A DNA stretch of 64,000 nt from the NCBI RefSeq assembly GCF_009914755.1, contig NC_060945.1; one strand, written 5' to 3'. The first letter of the stretch is position 1, and each line of letters begins with the position of its first letter. Both the position numbers and the translations under genes were made by a program. Shown here in pieces: positions 27,301 to 40,790 of the stretch. The DNA is from the human T2T-CHM13v2.0 reference genome, Homo sapiens. The notes under the pieces are model-generated. The model ran no database searches. It was not told where the DNA came from and was given only the letters and a program-made list of their open reading frames with translations.

Positions 27301-28859
27301 TCAGTCAGGGTCTAGGACTGGTACTCCTGCTGGGGCCACCTCAGAGCAGAAGCAGGGCGGGAGCGGTGGAGGCTGGCTCTGAAGTGTTCTGCCCTTAAAG
27401 AACAGCAAGACTTTCCAGAGGCAGTGTGTAGCCTTTAAGATGGAGACTGTGATGAAGAATGGAGAGAGATGGAAAGAGCTTCTCAGTGACATGGGGAGAG
27501 GGTCCGCACCTGGAGGGCAAACCCTTCCTGGAGGGCAGAACCTCGCTGGCCATCTGGCTTCCCACACACCTGCCTGGTGAACCAACATATCACTAGGGGG
27601 TTCTTTTCTTGCTTGAAATGTCATTGAGTTTTCAATTTGTAGCATTCATGAGGTGCATTATGAGGTTTATTCAGCATTTTTTTTCTTTTGCTGAGAAAGG
27701 CACAATTAAGTACCAGAATTTTCTTTGCTGGCCTAGCCTTCTGGAATCTGAACAGGTTTTGCAATCCCAGGACCAGATCCTCTCTATATAAAAATTGGTG
27801 TGGGATGGGGGGGGGGGTCTCTTTTTATAATAGCTAGAACATCTTAATATTTTGTAAAAAATAAGCTCATCACGAACCCAGTTAACCCAGCAAGGCTACT
27901 GCCCTTCTTCTGTGTCGTGGTAACAGCTTTCTTCAGCAGTGCAAGGTGCAGGCAGAGCCTTTCGTAGTTTTAATCACTAGGTCCATTTATTGAGAGAGCT
28001 TGAAAGGTGATTATTCCTGTTCTCATTTCTCAGAAAACTGAGGCATGTGAAGATCACAGGTAGGGTAAGCAAATGAACACAAATTCAAACTCGGAATTCA
28101 AAACCAGCCTCTGTGTATTCCTGAGGACCATACTGTCTGCTAAGTGTAGAGAAAGGCACATCCTGGTTCAACAGCAGAGAAAGCAAACAGGAGGCACTTT
28201 CTGTGAGTCATCTCCACCACAGGGCCCTCTCTTTTGTGATCCAGCGATACTTGTTCACAGTCAAAGCCCAGGAAGAGTGGAAAGATTAACCTTTGTGAGC
28301 CAAACCGTGTGACACTTGATTACTTGACAGAACTAATCCTTCTGTCCTGATGACAGAACTTCAACTACACAGGTACATGCAAGCTAATATCTGTTGTAAT
28401 GCCTCCCAGTTTCTCTGGAGAATTCCTTAGTTTCCTGGACATCTCTGAAATGCAAAGTTTTGGCAACGAGTCTCTGAATTAACCTCTGAAAATCTCACCC
28501 AGCCAAGATGGCCTTCTTGAGAAGACTGAAGAACATGGTTGGTTTCAGGCTGAGCTGGAAGTGGTTTACCTCCCAGGAGAGGTTCCCCACAGTGGTGTTT
28601 AAGGCATGGGGTGGACCAACACCAGGAAGACTCAGACATCACACCACCCACCTTCAACTCAGTCACATCCACCTACATTTTCTGAAAACAAAAGGCAGTC
28701 TCCCCAAAAAGCACTGAGACTCTTGTGTAGGTAATCTGAGCAGACACCAACTTCCCAGGGCTTCCTTTTATCCAGGAGAGCTTGGCTGTTCTTTTTAATG
28801 GTAATATCTTCTTCTTCCTGCAGCACCGGGCTGTGGCCCACTCTGGAGAAAAGGAAAGA

Positions 28860-29212
28860 TCATTGCTGGCCTGCCTTCCCAATTTCAGACTTGCCAGTCT
28901 ACAATTGTGTAAACTAATTCCTTAAAATACATCTCATTATATCTATCATCCATCTGAATCTAGATGCATACATATGTATATACACATATGTACACAGTTA
29001 TAAATATGGATCAATATAATGAGATGTATTTTTAAGAAATTGGTTTATCTGTCTATATATATTTACATACATATACATCCATACATAGATATCTCATTTT
29101 ATCTCTATATCTATATACATATAAACACACGTGTGTGTACATTTATGTATGGACATAAAGATGGGTGTAATAAGATTTATTTTAAGGAACTTGAAATATA
29201 GAGAGATATCTA

Positions 29213-29265
<53 letters not shown>

Positions 29266-29338
29266 AGAAAGAGAGAGAGGGAGAAAGATCTATCTACATC
29301 CATCCTGTTGGATCTTTCTGGAGCACCCTGGCTGACAC
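28860..29338 (+). mobile_element. MLT2-family ERVL LTR 3' portion with expanded TA/CA region, including (AC)18 at 29222-29257
   Basis: gctggcctgcc...atttcagacttgccag...aattccttaaaatacatctc ... catcctgttggatctttctggagcaccctggctgacac. Confidence 0.7.
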
Positions 29339-32300
29339 TCCTGCATTGATGAGTCATTGGTTGTAGGATGTCCTGGGAACGAGGCATGAGCTTGGACAGG
29401 GCTGTCATCATCAGCAGGCACTTCCCAAAGAGGGCTGACAGCTGAGGCATCTTCCAACCATACTCCCAGCATCTGAGGGAATAAGTCCTTCCTTCCTGAA
29501 GGGAACCCAGACAGCACATCACAGAGCCCACACCAACTGGGCAAATTGAATGTGCACAGAGTAAATTACCAAAACTGCCAATAAAACTCAGAATTATAAA
29601 ATCATATAATTTAGAAATTATAAAATCATATAATTTAGAAATTACGTGATGTAATTAACATTTGCAATCCGTTGACTTAAAGTCGATTATGTGGGAAATA
29701 ACTGAGAGTTCGTTAATAAGCACAAAACAATCCAGCAGAAATTGACAGCATTAGGTGCTCAGGTTGTGTGGAGGTCAATCTCAGCAAACCAGAGTCACTG
29801 GGCTCCCTAGATGGAGTTAAGGAAAGCCCTGATCTTGGACCAGCCACGTCCTTTACACATAGCAAGGACTGTAAGCCCGACCTTGCTCTAGCACAGGAAG
29901 GAGGAGGGCTTCCCTCTAAAAACCACCCATTTTCTCCCAGAACCCCAAGACTCCAGTCCCTGTCAGGCTGCAGAGGTGATTTCCAACCATCTGATGCCAC
30001 CTGCATCAGAATCACTGAGGCATTCCTGGGCCCCATGCCCCATTCCTGGAGTCAGCAGCCGGACTATGAGACTGGCTCAGTGAACCCCACAGACAGGGTC
30101 ACAGGCATGGAAGCGCAGGCAGCAGAGTGCAGGCACAGAGGCTAGCAGTGACCATCCACCTGGCCCTGAACAAGTCCACCTTCTCAGAGTTTTAGTTTCC
30201 TAACCTGGAAAACAGGGAATAATATCATGAAAGAAACACCAGGCACAGCACTAATGTATCACAAATGCCACATAAGTAACTGAGTGCAAAATGGGACATT
30301 TCCTGCCATCGGCTGAGGCTCAGAATAGCACACAGAGCACAGCAGCGGTGCACTCTCTAAAAAAGGATGCCCGCACATCCATGCACAACTCTCTAAGGAG
30401 TGACCTAAATAACAACAGCAAGTCCCTGCCCCTCTGCCTTCCCGGCCTCAAGGGTATATATGTCAGAAACTGGTCAATGCTGAGTATACAGCTCCCACAG
30501 TCGCAGAGGGGAGCAGGGTGGATGTGTAGAGTTTTCTGGTTTCTGCACAGTATAAATCCTCCCACAATTTCAATCAACCAAAGGAGGAGTTGGGAGACAT
30601 CTGCACAATTAGCTCTTGTGCACCGGCACTGATAGAAGAGACCAGAGACCTGGCATTCCTTCAGAGAAAGTTTCAGAGGCTGTGCAGCACCTCTCTCCAC
30701 CCCAGGGAAAGAAAGGAAAGGGGGACATAGGCAGGGAAATTTCACATCCATGTGCAGATGCACCAACCTCAAGGCCAGTGAGGGAAGCTTCAAAAAAACC
30801 ATTTAGGCTGCCTCCAAGGGTTCCCCTAGGGTTCTGAGCTACCAGGGCACAGGGGCTAGTGACTGCCTTCCAGGTAGAGAAGTTTGCAGAGGCTGCCTGG
30901 GGACAGGTAAGAAGGAGAGGCCATGGGGGGGCACACTGAGCTTCCATCCATGGTGAGGTGAGAGGGCCTGGGTATATCCTTGTACCCAGGGACCCATGGC
31001 AGGTGGCTGGACTTGCAGGGGTGAGCCAGCCCTGACAGAAAGAGGCTGGAGGTGTACCAGGGTGAAGCTAGGGGAAGGGTACCATCAGCAGACACACACA
31101 GGGATGTCACCCTGCCATGGAGAGCTGTGGGGCAATGTCACTGCAAGAGCCCTTCCGCACCCTCCCATGCATTCCACGAACAAGGGGCAGCTTTTAGACC
31201 TTTGCTTCACAGAGGGGAATCCGACACCAAATTATGATGCATGGCCAAGTAACCCCATTAATAGCCCTTGTTGTCCTGTCTTCCTGCTCCAACCCTGGAG
31301 AACCAGAGGCAGAGGTCAGTGGTAAGGAGAGGAGTGGGTGTGCAAGCCTCTGAGGCTGGGAGCCGGCCATGGCCCCAGAGGCGTTTCCGATGCTAACACC
31401 AGCTCCGGATGCAAAGAATCTTGAAACAGGACGAACAATAGGCTTTTAAAAATTCAACTTCCCTGGACCTCTCAATACTTGGAAATTAGACTGTTCACTG
31501 TATCTAGAAGTGACAGGGAAAGTCTGGTGCCTGAGGAGACTCGGAACAGGGACAGGAAGGAGCTATCAGACTTGAGGCATGAGTTTGGAGGAAGTAAAGT
31601 TGCACCTACATCATAACCTACTGAGAACAGCTCATTCAGAAAACAAAGAAGCCCAGTTTCTCATATGTTGGGTGGGTGGCCCTGCCAGGTAAACCTGTAG
31701 CAAAGCCACATGGAAATAGGATAGTGTCAAAACCAATCAGGCCAAGAGTGAGCAACAGCCCACTGGGTCTCTGAAAGAGCTGAGGAAACAAGAGGAGGCA
31801 AAAGAAGTGATCTATAAGGCACGAGGTTGGTGACAGGGCCAGGAAGTTTACAAGAGCGAGCATATCAGATAGACAAACACCAAGAGGCAGAAGAGTCTAC
31901 AGATACAAGGAGATCCAAACCTACCCGCAATCCCCACCCAACCCCGCCCCGGCTTTGGCTACCCTGGGGCTGGCGAAGGTATTAAGTGAAAACACCCAGG
32001 TTTGAGAATGGCTGGGCATCAAGGCAGTTTTGACAACCTCAGAATCAGGAAGTATTTGCCTGCAGGCCAGTAGCTGGGAGAAATGTCCAGCTCTACGTAG
32101 ATTTCTGTAGCTGGGGTCCCATTTTCCTTCAAGGTGGGATGGGTAAGACAGAAAACGTCCCCTGAAGGACAAGACTCAGGACAGCTCCAGCCTAGTGTCT
32201 CCCGGTCCCCGTTTGCTCCACAGGAGAAAGACCCTCCAGAGTGCAATGAAGGGGCCCAGAGGGGACAGTAAAGGGACCCCATCCCATGTGGCGACTCCCA

Positions 32301-33626
32301 TCATGGCAGAACTGTAGAATCCAACATCACATGGACCTCATTGATAACACTGACCACACCTCCTTGCTCTTAAGATGGATAAAGGGCAGGGACAAGGGGC
32401 TCCGTTTTATTTGACCAATAGCTGCAAAAGTAAGAAATCGTAATAAGCATGGAATCACAGAACCAGTTGAATGTAGAATTAAACAATTAAGGCACATTTC
32501 TGGCTTAAAGATGCCAAGAGGTTTTTGTTTGTATTCTTTATGTTTTTTTTGGACAACCACTAAACACACATTCAGAGCATCTTCTATAAGAGCCACAGAG
32601 ACATCCCTTGAGACTTCAGATGATTTCAAAACTCTGCTATCGCTCCTTGAAAAAGGCAAGCCTGGGATTGCAACCTATCCATGCATCTAACCCCCCCTGG
32701 AAATCTCTGGCTCCAAGAGTCTAATGGTGATGGCTGCCACTATTAGATTTCCTTTCTCTCTGGGCATTACAATCAGGTTTACAAGGAAGAAACACCACCC
32801 AGGGTTATCACCTCCACCAGTGGACACAGAGTTCACCAGCTTTTATTGCCGGGACTGACAGATGTCAAGGGGATCACTGGATTCCAGGATTGACAGGATG
32901 GAACGGTCAGTAGGACGCCTTCCCCCAACAACTCAGATGACAGAGTCCACAACGCGGCAGCCAGATCAGGCAGGAATCCCACCTAATGTCTGAATAACAC
33001 CACTGATAGGAATCCCCACTGAATCCCAACTGAAGGCTCAGTTGTACACTGTGGGCCCAAAATACCTACAACGTTTTACAAAACCTAAAGAAAAGGCAGA
33101 TCTCTTTGGTGGCAAAGGCAATGTGGTGAGTTAACTTTGAAGCAATCCAACACCATATTATTGTCATAGACATGCTCACTAAGAAAAAAAAAATCATACA
33201 GAGAAATAGAAAAATAGAGAGATAAATGAATAAATATTTATTTTGAGGTTTCACTGCCAAAGGCTAGCCAGAGAAACAGGGGAGATACAAGGTGAAGATT
33301 GGAATCACAACTAAATATTGTTCCTGTATAAGGAGAATTTTCCCTGTTTGAATTCTTAGATTACTTGACTCCCCGAGTTTCTCATTCCTTTGACAGGCAC
33401 CCATGAGTGTTACACTCCAAGCACTCACCCTCCTATTTCCATGTGCCAGCATTTCCAGTCACTATCTTGATTTAAGTAGAGAGGATAACAGTTTTCTCCT
33501 ACATAGTAACTTTAAAATAGTAACAGTTTTCTCCTAGAAGCAACTTAAAATAAATTTATTGACATTAAAAAATTTTAAATGAGGTGTAGTCAAAGCTTAA
33601 CCAGCACTTTTTTAAAGGAGCATATT

Positions 33627-33746
33627 TTACTTTATTTTTATTTTTATTTTTATTTTGAGATGGTGTCTCCCTCTGTTGCCCAGGCTGGAGTGCAGTGGTG
33701 TGATCTCAGCTCACTGCAACCTCCACCTCCCAGATTCAAGCAATCC
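33627..33746 (-). mobile_element. Severely 5'-truncated Alu (about 90 nt plus tail)
   Basis: TSD ttaaaggagcatattt/ttaaagaagcatattt. Confidence 0.85.
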
Positions 33747-33920
33747 TTAAAGAAGCATATTTCATAAAGAACACTTCTGAGTCACTTCTGTTGTCTTCCT
33801 GAGTGCTTTTTACCTGCTCTTTGCATGTGGCATAAACTCCTGCTTCTCTAATGCATCTCAGTTTTTAACTTTTGGCTCTTTCACTGCAAACATAGGAATT
33901 TTTAAAATAAAGAAACCACA

Positions 33921-34294
<374 letters not shown>

Positions 34295-35095
34295 TTAACG
34301 GGGCAGGGGATAAGGAAGGGAAATGCAGCAACTGGTGCATTTACAGCAATTAATCCTCCCTCATCATTAAAAAACACTGCTCCATTTTGTAAATAGCAGC
34401 ACAGAGCAACCACACTGGAGAAGTCATGCTTAACAATACATTCATTTGTGGGCTTTGTGATTTTTTTCCCTCTCAAGCCATTTTGAAGAAAATCTTTGAA
34501 CACGTCTCAGTGGCTTGATGCTTCACATTAAGCTCCTTTAAGCAGCTAGAAGTTTCCTGAAGGAAACACATGAGCCTTTTACTCCTAGAACGCCAAGAGC
34601 TGGTGGAGTCCTCAAGAAAAAAACGACGATTCCAGTGGGAATGAATTTCCTTCTGAGAAGTGAAGGGCAAACCACATTGAAAAAGTTGAGCTTCATGCCT
34701 CAACTCAGAAAGTTAACCTAGCCAGGGTCCAGGCAAGAACAAAATCTGCCAGAAAGGCAGGGTGAGCTCAGACAGATTTCAAGCAGGAGCACAGGCAAGG
34801 TAATGTTCAAAATCCTGTCCAGCCCCCAGGTACTATGAATACTCAATGACATCAAATGGAGCCAGTTCCAAATTGCTAAACTTGTAGCTCATAGCTGGGT
34901 CTCCTCAAGAACTTGTCTTTAGACCCCTAAAGACACCTCTGCCACATGAAGAGACCCGAAACGCAGCTTACATCCAGAGCAAGTCCTTTGTTAATGAAAA
35001 TGTGAATGGCAAAGACATCAAGGTCTCTAGCAGTGGCCATATTTGAACATGTTTTAGGACTTTCAGATAAAATCCGATTAAAACAAACAGATTGG

Positions 35096-35259
35096 GGCCA
35101 GGCACGGTGGCTCACGCCTGTAATCCCAGCATTTTGGGAGGCCGAGGTGGGCAGATCACAAGGTCAAGAGATCGAGACCATCCTGGTCAACATGGTGAAA
35201 CCCTGTCTCTACTAAAAATACAAAAATTAGCTAGGCGTGGTGGTGCGCACCCTGTAGTC
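35096..35259 (+). mobile_element. AluSc-like left arm plus start of right arm; 3' half and tail missing
   Basis: Ends abruptly at cctgtagtc. Confidence 0.88.
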
Positions 35260-35723
35260 ATTCTTTGCAGTTCCTTGCTCTGGGGCTGCATGAAGGACTT
35301 CCACCTGTGAAAAGAAGTGGCGAATCTGGGGCCCATCATTGGAAATGCCAGCCTTCTCACTGAGTCTGCTATTTTGCAAGAAAAATCACCAACAGCATTC
35401 CCCTTAAGTAAGTCTCTCGAGATATCACCCAAGGCAGGGAATCCCCAACTTTGCTCTTGGATCAAGAAGGGCCCCCGATAAGGTTTTCAATCATCCTTAG
35501 AAAAATAGGAGGAAAGCGGAAGAACAGTACTCTTAGGCGAAATTAACATAACTGAAGTCACATTCTTTTGAAACTATGTCCTCAGATTTTTGGGGGTGGA
35601 GGTTAAAGTGTCCTTTATTTGCTGAAATGCTGATGAAATTAGAGAATAGAGGTTTTCCTCCTTTGTTAATGCCTTCACGTATTGGCATCTTGATTTCCTC
35701 CTTTTAAAAAATGTACTAGTTTT

Positions 35724-36029
<306 letters not shown>

Positions 36030-37579
36030 CTAGTTTTATGTCTTAATAGCAAATCTCCATTCTAAAATGTCTACAAAATTATGAGAATTTTATTATATAC
36101 ATGAAAACATCTATTATGGAATAAATAGGAGAAAATGTAAAATATTATGTACAGTATGATTACAATAAGAAAAAATAATACACAAATGTAAAATGAAGAT
36201 AGTTACACAAGGGTGGTATAATTGAGGCAATTTTGAGTTTTTAAATAATTGTTTAATGTCCTTAAAGCATTACTTTTTAATTAAAAGAAATTTCATGTGA
36301 ATGTTATTATAACAGATTTATAATAGACTTTTTAAATTACCTACCAAAGCATAAACATTTATCTCTACAGATATTACAGTATGCCTTTCCAAAAATAGTC
36401 AAATAAATGTTAGCTCTTCTATTACCAGTATAATGTGTACATTGTTAGTATTACTGATTGTGTCCTGTCTAAGTACGAACTCAACTGGCATATCCACATT
36501 AGGTCCTGAAGAATGGCCTCAGCCTTACTCAAGGACCGTTCTCTGATAATGTCAGCTTGAATAGAAGCAACTTAAAAATCTCCATGCAATTTCTATTAGC
36601 CTCACTCATGCTGCTGCAAGATCTACAAGCCATTTGCTCTTGTTGGGAGTGTGAAATGTTAACCAGAAAGTGTACTTATTATAGGGCGTATTATTTCTTT
36701 TCTTGCTTGCTTCTTTCTAACTGAAGATTCTGCTCTCGTTCCCCTTAAAACAATCTTCAGTGTTTCCTAGATGAAATATTTTTCTCCATCTGTCCTCTCT
36801 TCCAGCTTCCACACAGTTGTAGACTTACTCTCTTGCTGAATTTTCAGTTTTTCCTACCAAAATACCGGCTATTTTTGTTCTCTCCTTCCCCACTTCTGTC
36901 CACTTTTTAAACCATCAAAAAGCTATCTATACTACCCCAAATGCTTTCAACACCAATAATACAAAATTATATTAAAAATGTGATCTTGGAGTGGCACAGT
37001 AACCATTGTCACGGGGTCACAAAAATCACTGTTTTTAAAAAATGGTTTCCCTCACTGAATGCCCATGCTGTTCCTGGACTTCACTAGAAGTACAATAAAT
37101 AATCTTCATAAAGAACAGTCTGAAATCACCACATGGTAGACTCGCCTGAGACAATCAGGCCTTATTCCAATTACAAGCACGTTGAAATGCTAGAGAAAAT
37201 CTAACCACCACCAACATCCACCCTGCCCCCAAGAAAGAATTTACATACATTACACACATGGCCAAGAACAAGAGAAAGAAAACAGAAAGCCCCAAGGTCC
37301 AGAGTCAAAGAAAGAAATTCAGTTAGCAAGTGCTAGCTGAATCCACAGGAACCCATAGGGATTTGGGTCACAAGTGCAAGTCCTAAGCACTGCGGGTGGG
37401 GTTCCAAGGCCCAAGCAGGGACAAAGGACACAGCTTATGACCCAAGAGAAGCAGGAGAGCAAAGACTGGAACCTTTCCTAGCAAAAGTAGCTGTGTGCCT
37501 AAGGCTACGTGCAGCAAAAACAGTCATCTGTGAGAAATAAAAACCACATTTCTGTTACTTGTATGGTGTGTTGCAGCCC

Positions 37580-38090
37580 AGATAGATGATAGATAGATGA
37601 TAGAAAGATAGATAGATAATAGCTAGATAGATAAATGATAGATAGATAATAGATAAATAATAGATAGATAGATAGGAGATAGGTACGTAGGTAAATAGGT
37701 AGATGATTGATAGAAGTAGGTAGGTAGATAGGTAGGTAGGTACTAGATACATAGATGATTGATAAGTAGGTCATTAGACAGATGATTGATAGATGATAAA
37801 TGATAAATGATTGATAAATGATAGAGAGAGAGATGATAGCTAGGTAGATAAATGATTGATAGAAGATAGGTAGATAGGTAGATAGATAGATAAATGATTG
37901 ATGGAAGACAGGAAAGTAGGTAGGTAAGTAGACTGATGACTGATAGATAGTAGATAGGTAGATAGATGATACACAGAAGATAGGCAGATAGATAATTGAT
38001 AGAAGATAGGTAGGTAGATAGGTGACTGATAGATGATTAGATGTATAGATAGATGGTTGATAGAAAGATGATAGACAGATAGATAGATAA
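37580..38090. repeat. About 510-bp degenerate (GATA/TAGA/TAGG)n array
   Basis: Direct reading. Confidence 0.92.
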
Positions 38091-39113
38091 ACTGATTCAT
38101 GACCAACTGATTCAACACCCCTAGGGCTCTGGCAGAAGCAAAAATAAAACTACTTTATAGAGACACTTTCATAGCTTACATTATAGAGAATTCACAAAGA
38201 AAGAACAATCCTCACTGAAGATAAGCTCACAAGAAAATTTTGTAAAGTACATGAAGAAAAAAACCAAAATAAGTAGATTTTAGTAGATGTAGTAGATACA
38301 AAAAGATTGAGGATTAGCACCCCAAACAGCATGGATAAAAGATCAAACAAAAGCATCTATAAAGTTAATTTAAAATGACTTTTTAAAAACAGAAATTTAA
38401 ACCATAATAAAAAGCAGCAGAGTATAAATCAATAACAGACAGAGCTGAAATAACTGAAGACAAATTCCAGAAATAAAAATTTAATAGACTATCTTAAAAT
38501 TAGTTATTCAAAAATGGTAAGAGAAATTACTGAACTACCTAGAAAGAAGGAAAAACAGAGATGTTAAGGAGTGTGGAGGCTAGCATGAGATGTCCAAGTG
38601 AACAGTGAAAATGAGGGATAAAAATTATTCAGAAGATATATTTGGAGATAAATAATAACCAGATTTTAGAGAAAGAAATGAGACTTCAGATTTTTTTTTA
38701 AAAAAGGAGTCCTGAGCAAAATAAACATAATTAAATCCACATCTAGTCATATCATGATAAAACATCAAAGACAAAGACAAAGTATTAAAAGTGACCAGAG
38801 AATAGAATAAAGATTATCTACAAAGGAAACAACCTGATGGATACAAGATTTCTCATCAGCAACAACAGACGCCAGAAGGGAATAAAATAATGCCTTCAAA
38901 GTGCTGCTGGAAAATAACTGGCAACCTAAAATTCTACGTCAGGCAAAACTAACATTCAAGAGTGAGTATAAATTGAAGAAATGTTGAGGGAAAGACCAAA
39001 AGATTTTACTACTTACAGACACTTAATTAAAGAGCTATTAGAGTATATCTTCAATAAGAAGAAAATTAAACCCAGAAAGGAAAAAAATGAAATTCAAAAT
39101 ACAAAGGTAAACA

Positions 39114-39401
39114 GGCTGGGCGTGGTGGCTCACGCCTGTAATCCCAGCGCCTCCTGAGGCAGTCGGATCATGAGGTCAGAAGATCGAGACCATCCTGGCC
39201 AACATGGTGAAACCCCGTCTCTACTAAAAATACAAAAAATTAGCCGGGCATGGTGGCGGGCACCTGTAGTCCCAGCTACTCCTGAGAGGCTGAGGCAGGA
39301 GAATGGCATGAACCCGGGAGGCTGAGCTTGCAGTGAGCCCAGATTGCGCTGCACCACTGCACTCCAGCCTGGGCGACAGAGCCAGACTCCGTCTCAAAAA
39401 A
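39114..39401 (+). mobile_element. Alu (Sc/Y-like) with small internal indels
   Basis: 18-bp TSD aaaatacaaaggtaaaca (39096-39113 and 39402-39419). Confidence 0.93.
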
Positions 39402-40639
39402 AAAATACAAAGGTAAACAAAGACAATTATGAGTGGATATATATGCATCTTAAATTCAATTTTAAAAGAAAATTATGAGTTGATAAATCAAGATAAGCAT
39501 TGATACAATTAAAGAGATAATAGTAATGATTAACTTTAGAAATCATTACTAAAACAAAGCAGAACTAAAGAACTAGGTAACAGTAACCTGAGAGCTGGAA
39601 GTAGGGGAGCAGAGTCAGAGGGCCTTGGATCGTTTGGAAAGTGGGTAGAAACAATGCTGATGTCAGACTTTGTTAGGTGAGGGATAATTAGACAATCGTA
39701 AGAAGAGTCTAACCAGACTAAAATTAGAGTGTATAACATTCCCAAAACAGGAGATTGGGATAGGCAGCATAAATAAATTTGATAAAGTCAGGAAAAATGA
39801 AAGTCACAAAATAAGTTGACAGTAACAACTACAAATATATTTTGTATATATTGTAATTTACACAATATATAAATTAATCTCACTTGTCAAAACATAAATA
39901 TTCTCAGCCTGGATGATTTTTAAAAATCCAGTTATACTCTGTTTATGAGAGATGTATCTAAACCATAAATAAACAGAAAAGTTTAACATACATTTACTGA
40001 AAAAGATATACCTGATATAACATACCAAAAAAGAAGTTCAGCTATCAACAAAAAGAAAGCTGGAATAGCCACTTTACTATCAGGACAAGTTAGACTTTAG
40101 GATAAAATTATTTATTAGGGATAAAGATGAGCAAAGCTTGGTAATAAGGAGCAATAATTCATCAAGAAGATATAAAACTCCAGAAGCTGTGGGCACCAAA
40201 CAACACAGCCTCAAAATACATATGCAAAAATCAACAGAATTATAAACAGAAATAGAAAATCCTTCATTATAGAGAGAGGTTGTCGCTCTCACCTAAACAG
40301 CTAGATTAAGTAGACAAGCAATTAGTACAATGATTCTCAGAGGATGCTTTGTGAGACTTCACCTGTTGCCTGACATTTAGTGGCCAGGACCTAAAGCTGA
40401 GGGTTTGGAGGTGTCTGGGACCCCACATTCTGAATTGTCTGAAAGAAAAGTCAGACAATTTCTTTCACCCTCTATGCACCCCACATACAGGGGCACCAGA
40501 ACCAGTGGGGTGGGAGCAAAGGGGTGGGTACAAACAATGGAACAGACCTCACCCTCCAGATTCCCACAGCCCATCCCCCATGTCTTGGGAGGCGGTTTAG
40601 GGAGGAAGAAGGGTAGAATCACGTAAGATCTTCCATGGG

Positions 40640-40790
40640 TTTTAAAATTGCATATATTTATTGAAAGTATACAACAGGATGTTTTGAAATACTCATCTGG
40701 ATATACATAGACACAGCACAATGATTACTACACAGTGATACTACAGTCAAACAGATTAACATACCCATCATCTCCCATTGTCAGTGTCTT
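40640..40790 (-). mobile_element. L1MA/MB extreme 3' end
   Basis: tatacaacaggatgttttga...ctacagtcaaacagattaacatacccatcatctc. Confidence 0.6.

Noticed and set aside
30320-30802. 160-aa minus-strand ORF as a possible extra ERG exon or gene
   Set aside because: No domain similarity and no convincing splice boundaries seen
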